DNA of 24,000 nucleotides, taken from Rhizobium sp. P38BS-XIX (GTDB lineage Bacteria > Pseudomonadota > Alphaproteobacteria > Rhizobiales > Rhizobiaceae). Made by a program: the position numbers and the translations under genes. Location of the stretch: NCBI RefSeq assembly GCF_012641435.1, contig NZ_JABAIJ010000004.1, positions 78,428 to 102,427 of the forward strand, read 5' to 3'. The notes under the pieces were generated by a model that saw nothing but the letters and a program-made list of their open reading frames with translations, did not search any database and was not told the origin of the DNA. This document shows, in pieces, positions 7,427 to 14,114 of this stretch (position 1 is its first letter; the number at the start of each line of letters is the position of its first letter).

Positions 7427-9874
7427 TCAGGTCCTCACAAAAGGTGTTGAGGACTTCGCCATCAACCTGGGACAAGAGGGGCCTTGGCCCGGTCCGCCCT
7501 TTCTAAAGTCAATTTGGTCGCCTTCGATATCGATCTTAAGGGCGTGAAGCTTGATGCCTTGTTTGTTGATGGCAATGTAGCCGCCTGGAGCGGACAAACG
7601 AATCTCGGTACCGGCGTAGATCTCCCACACCTTGGACTCACCGTGAAATTTCTCCCCCGAGGCGATGTTGTAGAGTTCGCCGACCTGGACATTGATCTTT
7701 TTGCCGACGTTAGTGTGCTGTTCTTTGCCCACCTTTTCAATAAATGTTTGCCCCACATGTGTGACTTTACTCATGCCGATCTGTTCGACGCGGGCAATAC
7801 CAATGCTGTCATGCTTGAAGGTACCGGCTACGGTGTACATCATCCCCGGCAGGGAAAAGAGACCGCCGACATCCTGGCCCACGCCGGCTCCGGCTCCGGC
7901 AAGAGCCGTGCCAGCATCTGCGCGGGGGCTGGGACCGGACACCACGCCCTCCCGTGCGCTCAATCCCTCGCCTGATAGGAATCCCAGTGCCGAGGAAGCA
8001 ATCGACATGGCGAAGCCACCAAGTTCCGCGCCACCGCCACCAGCGATCTGACCCGCCTGCTGCAAGAGGCTGGCGGTTTGCCCTGCGAGCCCGGCTACAC
8101 CGGCGAGCGCTCCGAGAGCGCCAGCACCGGTCCCTCCCACGGTGAGGTGATAGGAGCCTCCGATTTCATGCTTCTGGTTGTTGGCGACCTCGACCGATCG
8201 ATTACCTCCGACGGAATGAACGTCGTGGCTGTCGATACGCGCCGTGCGGTCGTTGAGCACACGGGTCGTGTGGTCCTTCTGGGCATGGAAAAACATGTTC
8301 TCCCCGCCCGTCTTGTCTTCCAGCGAAAATTCGTTGAAGCCAACGCTCTTATGGGAGTTGGAGCGGAAGGTCGAACGTGTCTTGTTCGCCGGCAAATCGT
8401 AAGGCACTGTTTGCTTGGCATTGGGCGCGAGACCTAAGACCACAGGGCGATCCGGATCGCCGCCGATGAACGCAACCATTGCCTCCTGACCGATACGGGG
8501 GATGATCTGTCCGCCCCAGGTCGACCCAGCCCATGCTTGTGAGACCCGTATCCAAGGGCTATCGCTTCCGTCCTTCTTGGCCTTGCGATCCCATGGCATC
8601 CAAAGCTTAATCCGACCATGCTGATCCGTGTGGATCTCTTCTCCTTCCGGCCCGGCGATAAAGCCAACATGCACGCCGTCGATGCGCGGCTTTGAGGTGG
8701 TTCGGTGTGGCGTCGCCGGGACCCGGGCTGGCAGTGCAACAAAGCGGTTGGAATATTCCGGCTCATCCTGATCGGCCGCCTCGTAGGAATGATCGCGCGC
8801 ACTCACCTCCAGCTTGTGGACGACCATCTCTTCGAACTTGTTGGCGGGATTGGCGACATCATAGGGCTGGAATTTCTGGCCGACCTCCAGGGTGCGGACG
8901 GTCGAAGCGCCTTCGGTGAGATTGTGATCGACTTCGGTGGCCTGCATGCGCCACCTTGATTGCTTCTCCACCTCGGTGCTGTCGATGCCTTCGGATGCGG
9001 AGCCGACCCCGTAACCGCCGACGACTGAACCGAACTCGAACAGCTCGTACTTCTGATTGCCGTTGAGTTCGATCAACGAGGGAGCGTTTGCCGTGGGAAT
9101 ATCGACACGCAGGAAATTGTAATCCGCACCCGTGCGACGACCGGGAGAGTATTCGAAGCGCTGCAGCCAGTTGTTGATATGGTTGCGATCGGAACTCCCG
9201 AGAGCATAACGGACCTTTCCGTCTGCCTCATTGGTGGGCTTGTCATAACCGGATTGATGATCGGCAAGGACAAGGACGTGCTTGGCCGAGACCGCTCCTT
9301 TATGGCCACCCTCATGTCGGAAATAGTAGAAAATCCCGTCTGCTTCGAGACGACGAGTGAGGTAATCGAGATCCGTCTCGCCAGCCTGGACGGCATAGAC
9401 CATCGGCTTGGGTTGATGGATCACGCCCGATACGTCCGGCGCGGGCAAGCCGTGTTCGGAGAGCAACATCTGTGCAACATCGATACTCGACAGATGCTGC
9501 CATGTGCGCCAGTCCGATTTCTGGCTGAGCAGAAACAGTTGCGGCCTGATCACCAGCGTATAGGCCCGCCCGCCCCTGGTCAGCGGCGGGCCGGCCGTCA
9601 CGCTCTGAACGAGCCCGTTCCAGGTCTTGCGCTGTCCTTCTCCGATTTCCAGCGACACGTCGGCAAGCGTGGCAATCAACCTCTTGGGGTCTATCTCGCC
9701 ATCCTTGGCACGTACATCGATGCGCAAGTCGAACAGTTCATTGATCCCGGCTCGATAATAGAGGCGTTCTGCCAGAAGGACATCGGCTCCCAAAACCGTT
9801 TCAATCCGGAGGGTTCGATCAACCTGCGAAAAACCTTCGCTCATCAGCGTATCGCCAAGTTCGTCAAGCGCCAT
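7427..9874 (-). CDS. vgrG: T6SS spike protein VgrG (TssI) with Gly/Ala-rich C-terminal region
   Basis: The 815-aa ORF has a typical VgrG N-terminus (FSQVDRTLRIETVLGADVLL...INELFDLRIDV), a gp27/gp5-like core (GIFYYFRHE, RVSQAWAGSTWGGQIIPRIGQEAMVAFIGGDPDRPVV) and a beta-helix repeat region. Confidence 0.95.
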   Translation of the reverse strand: MALDELGDTLMSEGFSQVDRTLRIETVLGADVLLAERLYYRAGINELFDLRIDVRAKDGEIDPKRLIATLADVSLEIGEGQRKTWNGLVQSVTAGPPLTRGGRAYTLVIRPQLFLLSQKSDWRTWQHLSSIDVAQMLLSEHGLPAPDVSGVIHQPKPMVYAVQAGETDLDYLTRRLEADGIFYYFRHEGGHKGAVSAKHVLVLADHQSGYDKPTNEADGKVRYALGSSDRNHINNWLQRFEYSPGRRTGADYNFLRVDIPTANAPSLIELNGNQKYELFEFGSVVGGYGVGSASEGIDSTEVEKQSRWRMQATEVDHNLTEGASTVRTLEVGQKFQPYDVANPANKFEEMVVHKLEVSARDHSYEAADQDEPEYSNRFVALPARVPATPHRTTSKPRIDGVHVGFIAGPEGEEIHTDQHGRIKLWMPWDRKAKKDGSDSPWIRVSQAWAGSTWGGQIIPRIGQEAMVAFIGGDPDRPVVLGLAPNAKQTVPYDLPANKTRSTFRSNSHKSVGFNEFSLEDKTGGENMFFHAQKDHTTRVLNDRTARIDSHDVHSVGGNRSVEVANNQKHEIGGSYHLTVGGTGAGALGALAGVAGLAGQTASLLQQAGQIAGGGGAELGGFAMSIASSALGFLSGEGLSAREGVVSGPSPRADAGTALAGAGAGVGQDVGGLFSLPGMMYTVAGTFKHDSIGIARVEQIGMSKVTHVGQTFIEKVGKEQHTNVGKKINVQVGELYNIASGEKFHGESKVWEIYAGTEIRLSAPGGYIAINKQGIKLHALKIDIEGDQIDFRKGGPGQGPSCPRLMAKSSTPFVRT

Positions 9875-10196
9875 TCCCGCGTGCTCTCCCGAAATTCACA
9901 ACGTATGATCAGCAAGGCGTGATTACGATGCGAGTGCCACCAGTGTCCGACGCAATCTAAGATAGGTGCCGTCCTGGAAATTCAAGACCGCGATAAACGA
10001 AGATTTGACGCCCCAACAGCTCAGCCTGATTGCAGTACGGGCGCGAATTCGAAGTCTGGAGATAGCACCCACATCTATGCTCTCAAGCGCCTACCGCCTC
10101 GGGGTGGCATCGCTGGCGCATGGCGAGTGATGCTGCGTCGACAGGGGCGGCACATCAATCGCACCTTTAAGGATACCGCTTACGGATCTGCTGACG

Positions 10197-10925
10197 TTGC
10201 CTTCGAGCAGGCACGCGACTATCGGACGCAATCATGCACGCTTTGCCGCCGGCAACCCTGAGAGAGACGGCAAACTGCCTGAGAAGCGACAACACAGCGG
10301 CGTATCCGGCGTCTACAAGGCAGATCATCCTCAGCCGCGATGGGTCGCCTACATTTCCTCTCCCGACGGAGCAAGGACAAAGAGCTTTTCGATTTCAAGG
10401 TATGGTGATGTCGACGCAAAACACCGTGCGATCGTGAAACGGCAAGAATGGCTCGCGGATACTCCTTCAGCCTTTCACATCGTCGGCGAGGAATCCGAGG
10501 CGGTCGCACTCAGACAATTTCCCGAACGCCTTGAGCACGTCCCCAATGTCGCAAGTAGTCATCTAATGACTCGCGAGGCAATCGACGAAATTCTAGCAAA
10601 AATAGACACGGATTCCGATGCTCAGCGTCCCCTGCGGCTTCGAGTAACGGTCCATTATGATGCCAATTCCCGACTGAGGGCCATGGTCGCAAACAACAAG
10701 CCTTCCACACAGATGAAGCAGATAAGCGTTGGTACACAACGTCACCTGCTCGACAAACCTTTGGCACTGATGGGTCGTCGACTTCACCGCGCCATCACTG
10801 AGCTTTGCGGAGAGGATGTCGCTGGGGCGTTTCGGACTGAGCACGCAGGGCGCTTACTAGATCCCGACTTGTTGGACGAGAAACGGAGCGCAAACGTTGT
10901 GGTTTATGTCGCGGAACGCTCGTGA
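10197..10925 (+). CDS. AP2/ERF-like DNA-binding domain protein; longest ORF of an apparently frameshifted gene
   Basis: The ORF carries an AP2-like block (SGVSGVYKADHPQPRWVAYISSPDGARTKSFSISRYGDVDAKHRAIVKRQEW). It has only a TTG start. An upstream AP2-like repeat lies in another frame (see the finding), so this may be a pseudogene spanning about 10010-10925. Confidence 0.55.
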   Translation: MPSSRHATIGRNHARFAAGNPERDGKLPEKRQHSGVSGVYKADHPQPRWVAYISSPDGARTKSFSISRYGDVDAKHRAIVKRQEWLADTPSAFHIVGEESEAVALRQFPERLEHVPNVASSHLMTREAIDEILAKIDTDSDAQRPLRLRVTVHYDANSRLRAMVANNKPSTQMKQISVGTQRHLLDKPLALMGRRLHRAITELCGEDVAGAFRTEHAGRLLDPDLLDEKRSANVVVYVAERS

Positions 10926-11545
10926 TGCGATAGACAGAGATCTATCATACAACTCCAATACTGTATCCGGCTTACCATAACCAACCAAAGCTCGATGGTA
11001 TCTACGCTCTTGAAAGGATATGAACCACCGGCTATGTCATTGCGAGGACCGTAAAAGCCTATTTCTCCAATAAGTTGGCCTCAAGCCGTGGCCTCAAGCT
11101 CGATAAGGGCATAACTTGATCACTTACTGTGCAGCGTGAGACAGACCCTGCCCCCTATCTTTACGCCAATTTCATCGCCAACGCTAAAGCCGATACCTTC
11201 GGTCGGTACAGTCAGCCCAACGGTAATCTCGCCAGCGGTCTAATCAAAACCAGGTGCGCTAACCCGAAAATCGAACTGCCTGACCTGGCCACGGAAGGCG
11301 ATATCGGCGTCGGATGCACGAGCAGGCCTGAGCTGCCCACCCGAATGAGCAGTTGCCGTGAAATTGGGGGGCGGCCGACTGACGACAACATGGACGCGAT
11401 GGTCCGCCCCTCCCCCTTCGAGACACGATAGCCCCGCTTTTCCTGATGCCTTTAATCACACCTGGCGCGCCGTTGCCATCGCGTGCGCAGGGGACTACCA
11501 CTGGCCGACGCTACAGGCGGCCTGTACAGGTTCATCAACTCGGCA

Positions 11546-11574
11546 TTGACAAACACAGTATGCAGGGTTATATA
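11546..11574 (+). promoter_or_regulatory. sigma70-type promoter candidate (TTGACA-17 nt-TATATA)
   Basis: TTGACA at 11546-11551, an exact 17-nt spacer, and TATATA at 11569-11574. No ORF of credible coding quality lies downstream before the terminator. Confidence 0.45.
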
Positions 11575-11580
11575 GAGCCC

Positions 11581-11713
11581 ACTTGTTTTCGAGGTGGGAA
11601 CGGCTTCCCCACGCGCCATTCGCAAGAGTGGTTAGTAGTCGAAAGACCAAGAGATGCGGACGTTAGCGCCCGCCGAAAACAATCTAAAAAACCCGCCTTA
11701 TGGCGGGTTTTTT
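11581..11713 (+). ncRNA. candidate small RNA (~130 nt) between the promoter candidate and the intrinsic terminator
   Basis: The unit is bounded by the promoter above and a GC stem plus U-run at 11692-11713. It contains overlapping alternative hairpins (CCCAC 11578-82 / GTGGG 11594-98, and GGGAA 11596-600 / TTCCC 11605-09). I recognise no Rfam family. Confidence 0.35.
11686..11713. terminator. bidirectional rho-independent terminator
   Basis: The sequence is aaaaaa-CCCGCC-ttat-GGCGGG-tttttt: stem 11692-97 / 11702-07, A-run on one side and T-run 11708-13 on the other. It sits immediately after the TAA (11712-14) of the minus-strand 130-aa gene. Confidence 0.8.
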
Positions 11714-12104
11714 ACTTTGTGGCGACAATGAACTTTTTCCGTATCCGGCGTTCCAGCTTGTCCCGCGCAATGGGATATGTCGATTTGACGATGTAATTGC
11801 CATCCTTGGTCTGTTCCAGATGAACCGCCACCAGGATGATCACCTTATCGACCACATGCTCATAGATCAGCTCGACGCCAACATCCTTGTGCTGGGGCGC
11901 CTGCCCCACATGGGTCGGGGATTGCACGGCGCGATCGATGTAGCGCAGGCAAAGTGCAAACTCTTCCGCATGGCCTTTGATCGCATGCTTTTGCGCTGCG
12001 ACCGTAAAAACGACCTCTCCGGGGGCCGCCATTATTCCAAATGCCTTTAGCGTTTCGACGGGCAAAGGCCCAAGTTTCAGAGGCGTTAGCTTGTTATAGG
12101 ACAT
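11712..12104 (-). CDS. hypothetical protein, possibly a Barnase-EndoU-ColE5/D-RelE-like (PBECR-type) nuclease
   Basis: The 130-aa ORF ends at an intrinsic terminator. The layout (VVFTVAAQKHAIKGHAEEF...SPTHVG...IILVAVHLEQTKDGNYIVKSTYPIARDKLERRIRK) resembles phage PBECR small nucleases as I recall them. The family call is weak. Confidence 0.7.
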   Translation of the reverse strand: MSYNKLTPLKLGPLPVETLKAFGIMAAPGEVVFTVAAQKHAIKGHAEEFALCLRYIDRAVQSPTHVGQAPQHKDVGVELIYEHVVDKVIILVAVHLEQTKDGNYIVKSTYPIARDKLERRIRKKFIVATK

Positions 12105-12292
12105 TCATGCAGCTCATCAGGGTCGCTTACCCAATGCGCAACCGCACTGCGGACAATAGGTATGTTCAACGCGAAATGCACGGGTAAAATGGGTCTGCCG
12201 CAACGGTCCGGCACAAATTGCCAACCTCCTCTGGCAAAGTCATAGATCGTAGTATTCGCAACCCCCGCCTAACCTGATCCAAGAGCGATGCC

Positions 12293-13990
12293 ATGCCCCA
12301 CAATAACCAGAAGGCCGCCCTTGAGGCGTTGAGAGCGTTTGAGAAAGAGGCTGACAAGGAGGTGGCGGCGCTATCCATCTGGGGGTTGTCGTTCCGGGCG
12401 CTGTATTCGAGAATGCTCCTGATTGCCGATGCAGCGTTCAGCGGCGGACGATTTACCGGACATCGCCCACCGGATGCTGAGAAGGGTGCCACCACGCTGG
12501 CGCGTCTCTCGCTCTGCAGGGGCTATCTCAGTCGCACTGGCGCAGCCACGCAGAAGACATTGCGCAAGGATCTCGAGACGGTAACACAGCAGATGCATGC
12601 GGAGATCGGGAAGACGTTGATCTATGCCCATTTCAGCGAGCTGATGCCGTTCGCACACCGCGGCGCCTTCTGGGTTGAGCAGACGGGGGATGGCTTCCGT
12701 TTGTCATATCCGACCGAAGCCGCGGAACGGTTCGAGGCGCTGGACGTGATCGCCAGCGAACTCGCTTTGACCGTACTTGATAACGACTTTCGTGTTGATG
12801 TGGCGTGCTATCTGCGCATGATAGACACGTGGCCCCGCGGAGGAGGAAAAGACTTCATAACGAGCCTCCGCGCGGCCTACGATTTCCACTTGAACGGTGT
12901 TCACGAGAACATTTTTGTCGGCGCGACAGCCTATGAGCGGGTACTTGGATTCACCCATGATGAATTCCAGCGGGTAAGGGCGGCACTGATGGCCTATGCC
13001 ACATGGTGCCTCAACATGGCGAAGGCGGCGGAAGCCGGCGCTATTCAAGAGCGGGGAAAGACGCGAGTTCGCTACCTCCATACAGTCCACGAGTGGGTTG
13101 CTCCGCTTCATTCGTCGAAACAGGTACTGAGCGTGATCGATCAGCTCACCAAGGTTCCACGCAACCGTGTGAACAAGATCCTTGCATATTTTCAGGAGCC
13201 TGCAGTAGGTGGCCAAACGATCTCCGGCGACGGCTATCTGGCGCCGATCCAAGTCCTTGGCGACGCATTTCTCTTGTCACCGCGCTCGCTGCATCTGATG
13301 ACGCCGGAGCGGAATATCCTCTTTGTCCTTAATCAAGTCGGTCGCAAGCAGTTCGACGAACTAGTCTCGGCAGAACTCGAGCCTTCACTGCTTGCCCATG
13401 CGCGGCCCATTTTCGAGGCCCTGCCTGGCGTCGTGAGCAAGCCAAATGTCATCTGGGATGGTCGCGAGATCGATCTGGTTGCGTATTGCCAGAAGACCAA
13501 TTCGGCGGTTCAGGTTCAAGCGAAAGCGGCAATTCCGGCGAATGGCGCCCGCATGACCCGACAGGTGGAAGCCAACACGTTGAAGGCCGTCGAGCAGCTT
13601 CAGAAGATTGAAGACCTGAGCCCGGCTGAGAAGGACGAGATGATCCGAAAGGAATTCAAGGTCCATGCCGAGAATGTCCGATGGTCGTCGGCAGTCCTGT
13701 CTCGGTCTTCGTTCGGCACCGTCAAGGCCTGGCAAGCTATGGAGGGCCGCGCCGCCCTGAACCTGCAACTGCTGCAGGGCATCGCCAACACCGCCGCCGG
13801 TGAGGAGGCATTCGATCTTGCCACCCTTCCCGAGCACGCCATGAAGTCGATCAGCGATATCGCGGAAAAGGGTGTCGTATCCTGGCGTGAGGAAACGCTC
13901 GACGTGTTCGGGACAAAGATCAAGATCCCGCTTCTCGACCTCGATAATGAGGAAATTACTCGATACCGGGCAGCATTGATACGGCGCTGA
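12293..13990 (+). CDS. hypothetical 565-aa protein with C-terminal PD-(D/E)xK-like nuclease core
   Basis: This is a long ORF with no credible competitor. The core runs SAELEPSLL (helix E), then EID(394)LVAY, then VQVQ(409)AK(411); D is at nt 13472-74 and K at 13523-25. No Walker A motif. Confidence 0.85.
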   Translation: MPHNNQKAALEALRAFEKEADKEVAALSIWGLSFRALYSRMLLIADAAFSGGRFTGHRPPDAEKGATTLARLSLCRGYLSRTGAATQKTLRKDLETVTQQMHAEIGKTLIYAHFSELMPFAHRGAFWVEQTGDGFRLSYPTEAAERFEALDVIASELALTVLDNDFRVDVACYLRMIDTWPRGGGKDFITSLRAAYDFHLNGVHENIFVGATAYERVLGFTHDEFQRVRAALMAYATWCLNMAKAAEAGAIQERGKTRVRYLHTVHEWVAPLHSSKQVLSVIDQLTKVPRNRVNKILAYFQEPAVGGQTISGDGYLAPIQVLGDAFLLSPRSLHLMTPERNILFVLNQVGRKQFDELVSAELEPSLLAHARPIFEALPGVVSKPNVIWDGREIDLVAYCQKTNSAVQVQAKAAIPANGARMTRQVEANTLKAVEQLQKIEDLSPAEKDEMIRKEFKVHAENVRWSSAVLSRSSFGTVKAWQAMEGRAALNLQLLQGIANTAAGEEAFDLATLPEHAMKSISDIAEKGVVSWREETLDVFGTKIKIPLLDLDNEEITRYRAALIRR

Positions 13991-14114
13991 GATAATGAGG
14001 GCATCGTCCCGACCTGATCAGTGCCAAAGGCGGGCGATCATTCCGGGGCGGAGCAGATGTGTGTTCTCTGCGAAGCGGACTGGCGGCTTGCGATGATGGG
14101 AGTCGAGCAGATGA

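Noticed and set aside
7462-9922. Numerous 60-250-aa ORFs on both strands within the vgrG span (e.g. 7484..7975 +, 9179..9922 +, 8434..8802 -)
   Set aside because: All overlap the unambiguous VgrG reading frame. Their Arg/Pro/Ala-rich compositions are typical of off-frame translation of GC-rich coding DNA.
11005-11032. ~27-nt similarity between 11005-11032 (cgctcttgaaaggatatgaaccaccggc) and 16385-16411 (cgccttgaagggataagaaccgccggc)
   Set aside because: There are 24 matches with 3 mismatches and 1 gap. My rough estimate is that such a match could arise by chance in a 24-kb window on two strands. There is no extended flanking similarity.
11076-11099. Short tandem direct repeat tggcctcaagc (11076-86 and 11089-99)
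   Set aside because: There are only two copies of 11 nt, with no associated gene or palindrome. It could be a trivial duplication, so it is not reportable as a regulatory site.
11130-11430. Possible gene remnant on the minus strand (...DADIAFRGQVRQFDFRVSAPGFD* then, in another frame, TAGEITVGLTVPTEGIGFSVGDEIGVKIGGRVCLTLHSK*)
   Set aside because: It is beta-strand-like, reminiscent of a TOBE or AbrB-type C-terminal fragment. It has no start codon, is split across frames and is too short to assign. The listed plus-strand 100-aa ORF (11129..11431) also looks non-coding. It needs BLASTX to decide.
12166-12495. 109-aa minus-strand ORF in the divergent region
   Set aside because: It overlaps the 5' part of the well-supported 565-aa gene on the opposite strand. 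It has no SD and no recognisable motifs.
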